Assembly (NCBI GenBank): GCA_002378195.1
Contig: DFRJ01000001.1
Location: 29,517 to 93,516, forward strand
Length of the DNA: 64,000 bases
Reading direction: 5' to 3'
DNA from: Patescibacteria group bacterium UBA3466
GTDB lineage: Bacteria; Patescibacteriota; Minisyncoccia; Phycocordibacterales; UBA918
Shown: in pieces, positions 9,627 to 19,993 of the stretch
How positions within the stretch are numbered: the stretch's first letter is position 1
How the letters are laid out: each line of letters begins with the position of its first letter
Made by a program: the position numbers and the translations under genes
The notes under the pieces: generated by a model
Database searches by the model: none
Seen by the model: only the letters and a program-made list of their open reading frames with translations
Told to the model about the DNA's origin: nothing

Positions 9627-9896
9627 TTACAAATCGGCGCCGACCAAATTTTCTTTTTGGTCTCGGGTGAGCTGTTTGAGTTCGTACTCTCGCTTCATAG
9701 CCGAGCTCTTATCGGCTACTTCTTCGCAGTAGTGTAGAGTTACTGGTCGACGACCACGCGTGTACTTGGCCCCGACTCCCTGCCCTGCTTCTCCATTGTG
9801 GACCTTTAGCCGATTCTCAATATCGTTTGTATAACCACAATAGAAAGTGCCGTCGCTACACTTGAGTAGGTAAACAAAAAATTTATTCTTCTTCAT
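9627..9896 (-). CDS. GIY-YIG nuclease family protein
   Basis: The FFVYLLKCSDGTFYCGYTNDIENRLKVH stretch is the GIY-YIG signature. Confidence 0.85.
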   Translation of the reverse strand: MKKNKFFVYLLKCSDGTFYCGYTNDIENRLKVHNGEAGQGVGAKYTRGRRPVTLHYCEEVADKSSAMKREYELKQLTRDQKENLVGADL

Positions 9897-10215
9897 TATC
9901 TTTCTTGCCCCATTGCCACTTAGGCTTTTGGCCAGTTCGCACCACGATTACTAAAAATAAAATAGTGACTATAGCGAAATCCACCAGGAACACCCTCGGG
10001 TCAGGTTCAGTAAAAGCAATGTAAATAATGGTAGCCATGTACAGCAAGGTAATGGCCCAACCCTGCCAGCGCGCTGGTGTCCAACCCCACCCGTAAAGCT
10101 TTCGCTTAAACCAATAACCCTCCGGATTATCTTTTAAATAGTCGATATGATCTTTAAAAATTCCCATTACTAAAATGGTAGCATGTTTTGACGATCTGCA
10201 AGTCATTACTTTCAA
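9883..10215 (-). CDS. Hypothetical membrane protein
   Basis: It has two predicted transmembrane helices, and the start is uncertain (an alternative Met lies at MGIFKDH). Confidence 0.4.
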   Translation of the reverse strand: MKVMTCRSSKHATILVMGIFKDHIDYLKDNPEGYWFKRKLYGWGWTPARWQGWAITLLYMATIIYIAFTEPDPRVFLVDFAIVTILFLVIVVRTGQKPKWQWGKKDNEEE

Positions 10216-10309
10216 CTCGAATCACACACTCCTTGCACGCCCAGTCAAACCCTCCCGTATATAGTCGTTATTCTCTGAGTTACAGTTAATAACTTTAATT
10301 CTAGTACTG

Positions 10310-11827
10310 TTACTTCTTAAACTTCTTCAGCTTTTGTAGGTCAAGTACTTGATCAATTCTTATTTGGTCAACAAACTCAGGAACGTGAGACACTAAGATC
10401 ATCGCGCCTTTATAGTCATGCAAGGCCTGCGCGATCACGGGTATGTGCCGGAAGTTGATGTGATTGGTCGGCTCGTCGAGAATTAAGAGACCCGGTTCTT
10501 CCATTTTTAACTTAGCAAATGCCACTAAACCCTTCTGTCCTTCTGACAAATCTCCCACTCTACTTCTCATCACATCTCCAAACAATAAGAAACCGGCCGC
10601 AACTGAACGCATGTCTTCTTCTAGCTTTTTCTTCATCGAATCCATTAGAGTTTCGAAAACTGTTTTATCAAAATCTAGATTTGAAAAATCTTGTCGGTAG
10701 TAGCCGATTTTTACCCCATCAGCTATCTCTTCGCCAGTAGCATGGCCGCCGGCTAGACTTTCTAGCAAGGTGGTCTTACCGATTCCGTTGGGCCCAACGA
10801 TTTGTAAATGCTCGCCGCGCTTTAACACCACATCACACTCAGCCTGTTTGGGTACATGATTTTTAATCACCTTCACAGAAGTCAGCTTAAGCACTTCTAA
10901 AGGAATGTCTTTATGGGGCTCAATAGTAAAAGGTCGGATGGTCTTATCTTCCTTTCTCACATCCACCTTATTGTCTTCACTTTCAGCAATATCGGCTCGC
11001 ATCTTTTTTGCTATCTTTCGCATCTTTCCACCCTTTTGCGCAAAGTAATTAATTTTATCTTTGTCAGCTTGAATCTGCTTGGCCATCTGAGCATTCTGTC
11101 GCTTTTCTCTTTCCACTCGAGCAGTGATTTCTTTTAATACAGCGTGATAGTTACCATTATATTGTTCTACCTGACGATTCTGCGTATTGAGGTAGAGGAC
11201 GCCTTCAGTGAATGAATTGAGGAAGTCGGCATCGTGGGAAATAACAATTACAGTCTTGCGGTACTCCTTCAAAAAATTAGTAAGGTGTTCAATCCCAGCT
11301 TGGTCTAGGTTGTTGGTTGGTTCATCTAACAGTAAGACATCTGGATTTTGAATCAGGGCTGAAGCTAACAAGAAGCGAGCTTGTTGACCACCAGAAAAAC
11401 TACCAACTTTTCTTTCTTTAAAAGATTCTTTTATTTCATCAGCTGGCACCATATTCACAATCTCTAACACCTCGTCAATTTTCGGATCAATGTCATAGAC
11501 TTTTTCTTTGAAGCATTTTTCAAAAAACTCTCGGAGGGTTAATTCGAGTTCGTCACGGGGAATAATCTGACGCGCAATAGCAATAGAAGTTCGTGGTTGA
11601 ATATTTATATCTCCATCATCTAAATGCAGTTGGCCGGTAATAAGAGAAAACAAGGTAGATTTACCAGCTCCGTTTTGACCCATTAGAGTCAGCTTGGCAC
11701 CGCGTCGCACGATAAAGTTAGCCTCTTTAAGAATCGGCTTGGTGGCATCGTGTTCATACGAAGCATCTTTAAAAACAATTAATCCGGCGCTTTTTGACAT
11801 GAGCGTATAACATACAACATCAACCAC
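10310..11827 (-). CDS. ABC-F family ATPase
   Basis: Two tandem ABC domains are present, with GQNGAGKST and LSGGQQ in the first and GPNGIGKTT and LSEGQK in the second, and no membrane domain. The true start may be the downstream Met at MSKSAG. Confidence 0.85.
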   Translation of the reverse strand: MVDVVCYTLMSKSAGLIVFKDASYEHDATKPILKEANFIVRRGAKLTLMGQNGAGKSTLFSLITGQLHLDDGDINIQPRTSIAIARQIIPRDELELTLREFFEKCFKEKVYDIDPKIDEVLEIVNMVPADEIKESFKERKVGSFSGGQQARFLLASALIQNPDVLLLDEPTNNLDQAGIEHLTNFLKEYRKTVIVISHDADFLNSFTEGVLYLNTQNRQVEQYNGNYHAVLKEITARVEREKRQNAQMAKQIQADKDKINYFAQKGGKMRKIAKKMRADIAESEDNKVDVRKEDKTIRPFTIEPHKDIPLEVLKLTSVKVIKNHVPKQAECDVVLKRGEHLQIVGPNGIGKTTLLESLAGGHATGEEIADGVKIGYYRQDFSNLDFDKTVFETLMDSMKKKLEEDMRSVAAGFLLFGDVMRSRVGDLSEGQKGLVAFAKLKMEEPGLLILDEPTNHINFRHIPVIAQALHDYKGAMILVSHVPEFVDQIRIDQVLDLQKLKKFKK

Positions 11828-11862
11828 TTAAATCAAATAGCTTTTCTGCTAAAATAAGCTTC

Positions 11863-12585
11863 ATGATAAAGATAATTAAATGGTCAGCAATTGGAATCTT
11901 TGGTTTGGCTATTTTCTTTCTTACCTTTTGGCCAACCATCTTGAGCACTTACGCATGGTATTCGGCCTATTTCTTTACCGAAAAAACAAATCCTAATGTT
12001 CATATAACCCTGGACCAAAACATGACCGTGGTAGCGGTCGACGGTTTGGAGTCATTTACCTTGGGCAATATAAAAATTCCCATCCTATTTGAAAATTACA
12101 GCATCGAAGAGCAGGAAGCATCAGTAATAATCAGTGACCAAGACTCTGATGCTGTTTACATTTTTTATGTCGGTACACCACTTTTGAAAAACTTTTTACT
12201 CCACCAACAATTTGCGGACCATGACCAAACTGAAGTGTGTCACAAACTGAGCAAGATAAATGGCGCCAACCCTTGCGACAGCGACAAGGCATTTTTACAA
12301 GTACAGGCTGATGTCTCTAAGCACAATATCGGATTATTTTCTGGCAACACAATAAAGTTATTTGGATCAATCATGCTAGTACTTAAGAGTGCATACATTG
12401 CCCCTGACACGCTCCGAATTATTCCTTATGACAACGAAGCGTCGAGTGGTTTTATATACGAAACACAAAACGGCGTATCTGTGAACGTCTTTGAAGATGA
12501 AAATACCTATTATGATATTGCTGCCTACCGGATGGACCGTGAGCAAATAGAGACAGTGATTGGAGCGGTGGAATTTGTGGAGTAA
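11863..12585 (+). CDS. Hypothetical protein with an N-terminal membrane anchor
   Basis: The ORF is 240 aa with one N-terminal transmembrane helix. Confidence 0.5.
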   Translation: MIKIIKWSAIGIFGLAIFFLTFWPTILSTYAWYSAYFFTEKTNPNVHITLDQNMTVVAVDGLESFTLGNIKIPILFENYSIEEQEASVIISDQDSDAVYIFYVGTPLLKNFLLHQQFADHDQTEVCHKLSKINGANPCDSDKAFLQVQADVSKHNIGLFSGNTIKLFGSIMLVLKSAYIAPDTLRIIPYDNEASSGFIYETQNGVSVNVFEDENTYYDIAAYRMDREQIETVIGAVEFVE

Positions 12586-12620
12586 AAAAGGCCGGCGCCG
12601 AAGGCGCCGGCCTTTTTTAT
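12584..12620. terminator. Bidirectional intrinsic terminator
   Basis: The sequence aaaaag-ggccggcgcc-gaag-gcgccggcc-tttttt sits between convergent genes. Confidence 0.8.
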
Positions 12621-12624
12621 TTTT

Positions 12625-13680
12625 CTACCCCTTTTCTTCCATCTCCTTCACTTTTTGCAGCGCTACCACGTACATACTTTCGGCCCAGCCGAGTGGTGTA
12701 TTTTCATTTGGCTTATCAGTGTTTGAGTAATACAACTCCGGCACCTTTCCATCTGGTGTCACTGCATTTTTGGTACGTCGAAGATAGTAATAAGCTTTTT
12801 CTTTGTCACCCCGCTCAGCATAAATAATAGCAAGCCACGCGAGACCAAAGCACCATTCGGCCTCCTCACTAAAACCATCGACATTATTATTGTAGTAGCG
12901 ATCAAGTTTGTAGCGGATTACTCCTCGGTCTTTTACCAAATGATATTCAATGTTCTTCAAAATTTCCAAAGTCTCTTCTTCGGTCGTCACAGCAAACGGG
13001 TAGATGAGAGTAAGAAGTGCAAGGTCAGTAAACTTAGTGACAGACTCTCGGGGCAGCAAAGCTCGCAGGGCATGCTCTCCTCGTTCAATCGCTACGTCTG
13101 GTACTTCTAGCCAGTCAATTTCATTAGCTTTCTTCAGTGCTGCTACGCATGAGCCGACCGATGAAGCATGAACTTCAAGGTTTTCTTCCCAGATGCCGTT
13201 GTCGTCATCATCCCAGTACTCGATACTTATTAGGTAGTCGATAATCTTCTGTACCATTTCGCGTTCATCATCTGTCTCGACAACACTCTCGCCCATTTGT
13301 TCTAGGGTACAGATGAGGTTGAGCACCTCTCCCACCGCGTCATTTTGACTATTACCCCATTCCTCCCAATACTCTTCAAAAGTTTCTGGGTGAAACCGAG
13401 CGTGGATGTATTGCCATGCTTCACGCGGCTTATTCTCAATCGCCCAATTAATTTTGTCTTTGTGTTTTACAAACACCGTCAAGAGCGCCTTAGCAGCGTC
13501 TTTGGTCGTTTCCAAGTCTCCTGTCTCAAAAAAGCCAAGGGTGATGAAATAAATATCTCGCAACCACGCTTTATTATAAAAGGTATCATCGAGAGACGCA
13601 GTAAATACCCCTGGCTTCCGCTCGAGACCTTTTACCACTTCAAGGTGGTGCTTAATTTCCGCATCAAAATCAAACTTCAT
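12625..13680 (-). CDS. Glycoside hydrolase family 15-like protein
   Basis: KAWLRDIYF resembles the GH15 W-x-RD motif, and the size (351 aa) fits the catalytic domain. Confidence 0.55.
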   Translation of the reverse strand: MKFDFDAEIKHHLEVVKGLERKPGVFTASLDDTFYNKAWLRDIYFITLGFFETGDLETTKDAAKALLTVFVKHKDKINWAIENKPREAWQYIHARFHPETFEEYWEEWGNSQNDAVGEVLNLICTLEQMGESVVETDDEREMVQKIIDYLISIEYWDDDDNGIWEENLEVHASSVGSCVAALKKANEIDWLEVPDVAIERGEHALRALLPRESVTKFTDLALLTLIYPFAVTTEEETLEILKNIEYHLVKDRGVIRYKLDRYYNNNVDGFSEEAEWCFGLAWLAIIYAERGDKEKAYYYLRRTKNAVTPDGKVPELYYSNTDKPNENTPLGWAESMYVVALQKVKEMEEKG

Positions 13681-13711
13681 AATCTAAAGAACTCAACTAA
13701 ATTAATTCGAA

Positions 13712-14056
13712 CTAACGGCCGAGACTGGCCAGCATTTTTTCATGCCGTTCAGTCTCTTCTAGAAAGGCAATTTCTCCAGCAAGACGTAATCGCACGTACC
13801 GATATCGATCTTCAACCTTGGTTAACCCATCTTCATCTTTACTACTCTTTGAAACATCAGGCATAAGCTCATGTGACAATTCCTCTAAGAACGATACTTT
13901 TTCAGATACACTCATGTCCTCGTAGCCTGGAATCCTTGAAATCATCTCTTTAGCGGTATCTTCAGCCCCCTCTTTAAGGGCTCGCCAATCATCTAATGAT
14001 TCAACATTTTCTTTATTTTCAGTTTTTACTTTTGGTGCTCCTTCTAGACTACCCAT
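13712..14056 (-). CDS. Hypothetical protein
   Basis: A 114-aa ORF with no recognisable motifs. Confidence 0.4.
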   Translation of the reverse strand: MGSLEGAPKVKTENKENVESLDDWRALKEGAEDTAKEMISRIPGYEDMSVSEKVSFLEELSHELMPDVSKSSKDEDGLTKVEDRYRYVRLRLAGEIAFLEETERHEKMLASLGR

Positions 14057-14140
14057 AAAACAAGAAAATCTATTAATAATATTTATTGTATCACGTAATG
14101 GTCAACCGACTTATGACATAGTTTGTTATACTAAGCCGCA

Positions 14141-14794
14141 ATGTTCTGCCACGAATCACCCGACTCAGAAAGTTACCAACCATCTCCCATTACTCGTAGT
14201 GCAATTAGTAAAAATTGGGAGAAATTTACAAAATGGAGAGACGTGACTGTAATTTCAAATCTGTGCCGACTCATTAATGCTGATGGTGACACGATAACTA
14301 TCAAAACTGATGTTTCATATAAAGACGTGGTTGGTCTTCGTTGGCCTCGTCCAAAGCAACCGAAGAAACTACAGTTTCAAGTAGTGACCGCAATGGGTAT
14401 CGTGTATACCAGCGACGGTTTCTTAGTCATGATCCCTCGCGACTCCGGAGACTGGCCACCTTCAATCGAGTGTCCGGGAGGATTTATCAGAGCTGAGTAT
14501 CTTGAAGACGGCAAAATTAATGTGCAAGATTTTATCCGCACTCGAGTAGCGGAAGATTTAGATATTGATCGATCTCTAATCACTGATTGTGATTATTTGC
14601 ATGTTTACGACGCTAAAGAAATCATGGAATACATGCTGCTATACAAAGTTAAGATTGCAATGAGCAAGGCCGAGATAAAAAGTCACAACCCTGACTTTGT
14701 CTTGCTGCCCCGCCACTACCGGCCAGAAGCTCATTGCACTAACTGCATCAGTTTGATACATGCTCCGACTCGCGGCGCCCTTTTAACTCTTTAA
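14141..14794 (+). CDS. Hypothetical protein, possibly a degenerate Nudix fold
   Basis: ECPGGFIRAEYLEDG...RTRVAEDLDI loosely matches the Nudix box, and the start is uncertain. Confidence 0.35.
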   Translation: MFCHESPDSESYQPSPITRSAISKNWEKFTKWRDVTVISNLCRLINADGDTITIKTDVSYKDVVGLRWPRPKQPKKLQFQVVTAMGIVYTSDGFLVMIPRDSGDWPPSIECPGGFIRAEYLEDGKINVQDFIRTRVAEDLDIDRSLITDCDYLHVYDAKEIMEYMLLYKVKIAMSKAEIKSHNPDFVLLPRHYRPEAHCTNCISLIHAPTRGALLTL

Positions 14795-14875
14795 TTTTTC
14801 ACGAGATGTAACATATCAGTCGCTAGCTAGGTTCTATTGGGTAGGCAGCACATTAACCAGCAAAAGGAATTCGCT

Positions 14876-15121
14876 ATGAACGACGTAGCAATTACCAACG
14901 AAGAGCTGGATGAACAAATCATTGAGTCAGCCCAGGCACTAAAAAAAATCGATCCGGAGCACGAACTACTACGTTTTGCTCACATCTTCCTACAAGAATC
15001 AGCCTTGTACCAACCCGAACTTGAACTAGAGTATCGACAACGATTCTCACCTAGAGCTGGTAGCCACTACAAAACGGCCGATTTCAATTTCTACCTCGCA
15101 CTTTGCAACGCACTCAATTAA
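14876..15121 (+). CDS. Small hypothetical protein
   Basis: The internal ATG at 14876 has an RBS (aaggaa) 8 nt upstream. The 81-aa product is acidic. Confidence 0.3.
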   Translation: MNDVAITNEELDEQIIESAQALKKIDPEHELLRFAHIFLQESALYQPELELEYRQRFSPRAGSHYKTADFNFYLALCNALN

Positions 15122-15256
15122 CTCTTCATCCTCCTCCCACCCCTCAACCGCATGGCTAGCCCAGCGGTTTTTTTAAATTAAAAACCATACGCGAAAATAC
15201 GCTACTTGGACTTCACCCACCTCTGAACTCGCCAAGATAAGGAGCTAGAAAAGATT

Positions 15257-15826
15257 TTATGAGAGTGAAGAACTAATTTCACTACAAACTTTTTCAAAAC
15301 TTACGCCTACCTTTACTCGCTTTAAGTCTAAACCGACTTGTTTATAAAGATCATTAACAAACTCGTCTCTTTTGATCATTTTTTCAGAATTATGAGATTT
15401 TCCATCAACTTCAATAGCTAATACGATTTTCCTTTCGACTAAGTCCCAGATTAAAAAATCTACATGCTTTGCTCTAATCATATTCCACCATTTCCTATTT
15501 CTATATTCCTCACTATCGACTTGGACAAAATCTCCGAGTCTCACTTTTGGAAAAACGGTATACCTATGTGCATCAAGATGTGCGTTTAGAATATTAAAAA
15601 ATTCTTGTTCTGACCTAGAAAAAAAGAATTGTTTAAGATGATAAGGAAAACGTTCCTTAACTTCCACCTGATCAGAAGAATACTCTTGAACCCGAAACAA
15701 CTTATATAACAGGAACAAAATAATTAAGAAAAAGAAGAAACTCAACATACCCTTAATTATAATACAAACCCATCGACGAACTCGCCAAAGGCAAGGTGAT
15801 GGGAAAGATTTTGCGTAGTTAAGCAT
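15257..15826 (-). CDS. DUF2726-like protein, a membrane-anchored restriction-endonuclease-fold domain
   Basis: There is one N-terminal transmembrane helix, and FFNILNAHL...YTVFPKVRLGDFV...HVDFLIWD...LAIEVDGKSH matches the DUF2726 pattern. Confidence 0.55.
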   Translation of the reverse strand: MLNYAKSFPSPCLWRVRRWVCIIIKGMLSFFFFLIILFLLYKLFRVQEYSSDQVEVKERFPYHLKQFFFSRSEQEFFNILNAHLDAHRYTVFPKVRLGDFVQVDSEEYRNRKWWNMIRAKHVDFLIWDLVERKIVLAIEVDGKSHNSEKMIKRDEFVNDLYKQVGLDLKRVKVGVSFEKVCSEISSSLS

Positions 15827-15902
15827 TCTGAGGTGGGTGTTTTAAACTAATTAGTACAATGATAAAATATTTATAATTTATTCATTTATCTATTTCAGAG
15901 TT

Positions 15903-16436
15903 ATGTCGTTAGAAAGTCTTTCAAATGAGCCAAGTTCAGTTGAAAAAGAAGTGTCAGACACCAGGAATCAGATTTTTGGTTTGATTGATAACATTAGAGC
16001 AGTGGAGTTCAGACAAATCATGGACAGGAAGCTTAAAAATGTTAAAAACAATCCAGCTGATGATGAGTTGCTAGAAAACATAATGGACCAAATAACTGAC
16101 TCTGCTAAATACATGGTCCACTTAGAATCTGGCAGACAAGTAGACGAAATTGCCGACGAAGAAGCTGACACAAAAAGAGTAGAGCTTTTTACTGAACATA
16201 AAATTTATGGTGCTCCAGATGACGACAGGGGTTTAATGAGTTTTATCGCTGACAACAAGCTAACTCTTACGGGTTCTGATGGTTATGTGTACCAAACAGA
16301 AGAGCTTTTACACTCTGTGAGTCACGCTTTATCTGGAATGGCAGACATAAGAACGGTGACTAGAACAGGAGGACTTAGAGACAAAGTGCAAAAAATCCTG
16401 GATTTAAAAGAGGTCTACAAAAAGCATTCTATATAA
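15903..16436 (+). CDS. Hypothetical protein
   Basis: A 177-aa ORF with no recognisable motifs. Confidence 0.45.
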   Translation: MSLESLSNEPSSVEKEVSDTRNQIFGLIDNIRAVEFRQIMDRKLKNVKNNPADDELLENIMDQITDSAKYMVHLESGRQVDEIADEEADTKRVELFTEHKIYGAPDDDRGLMSFIADNKLTLTGSDGYVYQTEELLHSVSHALSGMADIRTVTRTGGLRDKVQKILDLKEVYKKHSI

Positions 16437-16454
16437 ACACAAGAAAAGAAAAAC

Positions 16455-16485
16455 GACCCTCTCGGGTCGTTTTTCTTTAGGTGAC
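16455..16485. terminator. Bidirectional terminator
   Basis: aaaaacgaccctc-tcgg-gtcgttttt sits between convergent genes. Confidence 0.75.
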
Positions 16486-16596
16486 TTCAAAATTAGATGA
16501 ATGGCAAGGAGTCTAGGCAAAAATTTTATGAGTGGGACAACTGTCCAGCGAATTAAATTTTTGCCGTAACGACGAAGCCAGTCGCTAATTTTGGAA

Positions 16597-17067
16597 TTAC
16601 CAAGCAAAGTGTGCAAACGCTCGGTTGGCCTCCGCCATCTTGTGCGTATCCTCCTTCTTCTTCACTGCATCTCCTTCTTCCTTGGCTGCTAGCATTAGTT
16701 CTTTGGCTAGTGCCTGCATCATAGTTGTACCTTTTTGCTTTCTTGCTGCTGCAATAAGCCATCTAAGTGCCAAAGCTTCTCGTCGTTCTGGTCGTACTTC
16801 TCGTGGAACTTGGTAGTTTGCACCACCAACTCGTCGTGATCGTACTTCCATCAAAGGACCAGCGTTTCGAAGTGCTGTATTGAACACTTCTAGCGGGTCA
16901 CCTCCTTCTTTATCGTTTTTGATGATTTCAAACGCTCCGTATACGATCTTGCGCGCGGTCTCTTTTTGACCTCGTAGCATGATGTAGTTAATGAGTCGTT
17001 CGACATCCACCTGACCGTACACAATATCTGGTGATACTGTAGGTCGTTTCTTGATAGGTCGTCTCAT
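16597..17067 (-). CDS. rpsG: 30S ribosomal protein S7
   Basis: Full-length S7 similarity, including MRRPIKKR...[22 protein letters not shown]. Confidence 0.95.
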   Translation of the reverse strand: MRRPIKKRPTVSPDIVYGQVDVERLINYIMLRGQKETARKIVYGAFEIIKNDKEGGDPLEVFNTALRNAGPLMEVRSRRVGGANYQVPREVRPERREALALRWLIAAARKQKGTTMMQALAKELMLAAKEEGDAVKKKEDTHKMAEANRAFAHFAW

Positions 17068-17365
17068 AATTGTGATTGATTAACTGAGAACGAGGAGTGT
17101 TTATGAAAACATTCTTCATTCTTCGCATAATGGTCGATGAGCTGTCGCTCACACCAATCGTTATCTGTAGCGAATATAAACTATTTGTAATGTGTGTAGA
17201 GATTCGCCTCTCTACGTGCTTCTTTGCTAATCTGCAAAGTTCGAATTTTTCTTAACTGAGATGAAGTGTGCGGAAGACCAGAAATTTAAGACGAGGTGTA
17301 CTTGGTAGTACAGTGAGTCTTAAATTATCGCAGTCTGACAAAACAATTCGCTCAGTTTAGGAAAA

Positions 17366-17779
17366 TTATTCTCCCTTTGGTTTCTTAGCTCCGTACTTAG
17401 AGCGCCCTCGACGTCGTTCGTCAACTCCAGTCGCGTCGTACTTACCACGCACTACTGTGTAGTTAACACCGATGTCCTTAACACGTCCTCCTCGTACAAG
17501 TACCACTGAGTGTTCTTGTAGCGTGTGCTTCATACCTGGGATGTACGCTGTGATTTCTTGACCATTTGAAAGTCGTACACGAGCAATCTTTCGAATCGCT
17601 GAGTTCGGCTTACGCGGGGTCTTAGTAGTCACACGAGTACATACTCCACGCTTGAATGGAGAAAAGTAAGTGTTTGGTTGATTCTTGATCTTGTTAAAAC
17701 CAGATTCAAGAGCCGCCCGCTTACTCTTACGTGCTTTATCTTGTCGCTTCTTACGGGTTAATTGTTGAATTGTTGCCAT
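17366..17779 (-). CDS. rpsL: 30S ribosomal protein S12
   Basis: MATIQQL...PKKPNSA(I/L)RK...RGGRVKD are S12 signatures. Confidence 0.95.
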   Translation of the reverse strand: MATIQQLTRKKRQDKARKSKRAALESGFNKIKNQPNTYFSPFKRGVCTRVTTKTPRKPNSAIRKIARVRLSNGQEITAYIPGMKHTLQEHSVVLVRGGRVKDIGVNYTVVRGKYDATGVDERRRGRSKYGAKKPKGE

Positions 17780-18053
17780 AATTTAGCTCGAACACTTTAC
17801 TATATGTAACCAATAATGCAAGCGTTACAGACTAGTTTTTAGATATTAAAAAACCGGACACCCTACCCAATCAAGGGGATTAACTGGGAGGATGTCCGGG
17901 TGTCGCTCTAGCGACCATTCACTTACAGACCGGAGAAAGTCTGCGTACAGCGAGTGAATGCCACAAAAGAAAACCGGTACACCTCACACCTATTCTTTTG
18001 CAGTTGGTGTGAGACCGGCGAAACTTCTTAACCTGTGGAACTGTAGCAAATAA

Positions 18054-18695
18054 CTACGCCCCGATCAATAGCCGGGCCAGCATGATTGTAAGATCGTAAA
18101 GCGGGTCGGCCAAAACCAGCACAAACAGCAAGATAATAATAATGAAGCCGAGGCCAACATTTTGTTCTAGGCGCGACCGAAATTCATCATATTTATAGGC
18201 AAGTTGTCGTGGCAGTAAGCGAGGAAGAATTTTTGAACCGTCCAGCGGTGGGATTGGGACCAGATTAAAGAAGGCTAAGAAAATATTTAAAATCATCACC
18301 ATAAATGCTAACTGCACAAACGACTCGCTCAAACTTAAAACTTCAGCGCTCCGGATCAAGAGACCAAAAATAACAGCTATCACAATATTCGACGCCGGGC
18401 CAGCTGCGGCTACTATCGCTTCTCCCCACTTTTGATTACGGAGATTGTATGGGTTATAGGGCACTGGCTTAGCCGCTCCAAAGAGAATTGGTGAACCGGT
18501 AGCCAATAGCAAACCAGGTAAAATTACCGACATCATTGGATCAAGATGCACAATCGGATTAGGACTGAGACGTCCGGCCAAACGTGGCGTTGGATCACCG
18601 AGCCAGTCAGCCGCAAACCCATGGGCCATTTCGTGAATCACTACTGAAATAATAAGTGCAACGATCATTGCTATCTGTATTGGTTCCATAACCAT
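18054..18695 (-). CDS. Site-2 protease family (M50) membrane metalloprotease
   Basis: HEMAHG is an HExxH motif in a transmembrane helix, and NLVPIPPLDG is the LDG motif. The start was moved to MVMEPIQ. Confidence 0.75.
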   Translation of the reverse strand: MVMEPIQIAMIVALIISVVIHEMAHGFAADWLGDPTPRLAGRLSPNPIVHLDPMMSVILPGLLLATGSPILFGAAKPVPYNPYNLRNQKWGEAIVAAAGPASNIVIAVIFGLLIRSAEVLSLSESFVQLAFMVMILNIFLAFFNLVPIPPLDGSKILPRLLPRQLAYKYDEFRSRLEQNVGLGFIIIILLFVLVLADPLYDLTIMLARLLIGA

Positions 18696-18797
18696 CTTAT
18701 AGTAACTAGAGTTGAATTGAATTGCAAAATATAACGCTTGCTCGTAGTTGCAATATTTTAAACACATGGTAGTATGCCTGCACTAAATAACTTGTAT

Positions 18798-19040
18798 ATG
18801 GCAAAGCAATGCGACATTACCGGTAAGAAAACCCAGATCGGGGGACGATACAGCAACCGCACACGTGCGACGCAGTTCAACCCGTGCGGAAAGACTACCC
18901 GTCAACCAAATCTACAAAAGAAGCGAATCTTCGTTCCTGAGCTAGGTAAGACAGTAAACGTAAAAGTTTCTGCAGCCGCTCTTAGAACTATCGCTAAAAA
19001 TGGGGCTTACGCAACATTGAAGAAGGCTGGTTTGATCTAA
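18798..19040 (+). CDS. rpmB: 50S ribosomal protein L28
   Basis: MAKQCDITGKK...SNRTRATQFNP...QKKRIF is an L28 signature, and the start was set at the internal Met. Confidence 0.85.
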   Translation: MAKQCDITGKKTQIGGRYSNRTRATQFNPCGKTTRQPNLQKKRIFVPELGKTVNVKVSAAALRTIAKNGAYATLKKAGLI

Positions 19041-19044
19041 AGAA

Positions 19045-19084
19045 ATAAAAAGCGGCGGGCCCAAAGGGCCCGCCGCTTTTTATT
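19045..19084. terminator. Bidirectional terminator
   Basis: aaaaa-gcggcgggccc-aaa-gggcccgccgc-ttttt. Confidence 0.8.
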
Positions 19085-19973
19085 TAACCCACACCGCTTT
19101 TCCATCAGTCTTAAATATAATAGTTCCCTCTTCGGCAGTGTTCAAAATCTTTGCACCAGCATTTAGCGTGCGCTCTACCACTTCTGTATTTGGATGACCG
19201 TAGCGGTTATCTCTGCCGGCTGACACCACTGCATAATCTGGCTGCACTACACTTAAAAATAAGTCGGAAGTTGAAGTCTTTGAACCATGATGGCCAAGCT
19301 TCAACACTTCGCTTGCAAGAGAAGCCCCGTGAGTCTTTGAAAGATAGTCTTCAATACCCATTGGCGCGTCCCCGGTTAACATGAAATCAATATCTCCATA
19401 CGTGAGCTGCACAATAATAGAAGCGGCGTTACTTTCCCAATTGGACGTATCACCAAAGGGTGACAAAACTCTCATGGTAGTAGATGCTCCCAACTGAATT
19501 ACTTGTCCAGCTTGGGCGCTGATGAGTTTTGCTCCTTCAGCGGCAGCGGCGCGGGCGAAAGCCCGCGCCGCTGCCGCCTCATGATCAACTTCTGTCCACA
19601 AGATTGTTCCCACTTGATACCGCTCTAAAACGTCATTCAAGCCGCCAACATGATCTGTATCAGGGTGAGTAGCTATCACAACATCCAAACTTCTATCGAA
19701 CAATGACCGATCTTTTGCCAACTCTAACAGAACTGCGGTGGACGCCCCGCCATCAATCACCACTTCTACCCCATCTGGAGTACGAACATATATGGCATCA
19801 CCTTGTCCAACATCCATAAAACGAACTTCTAGGAGGTCGGTAGCTGACTCGGCTGAGTCAGCTACGGGTAGCCAAACCAAAATTGAAAACACCGTCAAGA
19901 TGCTGATGGTGAACGCTCTTAACCAGACAAAATTTACTTTCATTACATCATGATACAATGAGCAAAAATCCAA
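19080..19973 (-). CDS. Standalone metallo-beta-lactamase domain protein related to the ComEC/Rec2 C-terminal domain
   Basis: There is an N-terminal signal or transmembrane segment, and the MBL motifs ATHPDTDHVGG and LKLGHHGS are present. Confidence 0.75.
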   Translation of the reverse strand: MDFCSLYHDVMKVNFVWLRAFTISILTVFSILVWLPVADSAESATDLLEVRFMDVGQGDAIYVRTPDGVEVVIDGGASTAVLLELAKDRSLFDRSLDVVIATHPDTDHVGGLNDVLERYQVGTILWTEVDHEAAAARAFARAAAAEGAKLISAQAGQVIQLGASTTMRVLSPFGDTSNWESNAASIIVQLTYGDIDFMLTGDAPMGIEDYLSKTHGASLASEVLKLGHHGSKTSTSDLFLSVVQPDYAVVSAGRDNRYGHPNTEVVERTLNAGAKILNTAEEGTIIFKTDGKAVWVK

Positions 19974-19993
19974 TAACCAAGAAATAAACTAAT

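Noticed and set aside
17840-18050. Several stem-loops between the site-2 protease gene and rpsL, as a possible ncRNA such as SRP or 6S
   Set aside because: There are no conserved ncRNA motifs. The structure is better explained as the terminator of the upstream gene (hairpin plus TTTTTT on the minus strand) together with rpsL leader structure.
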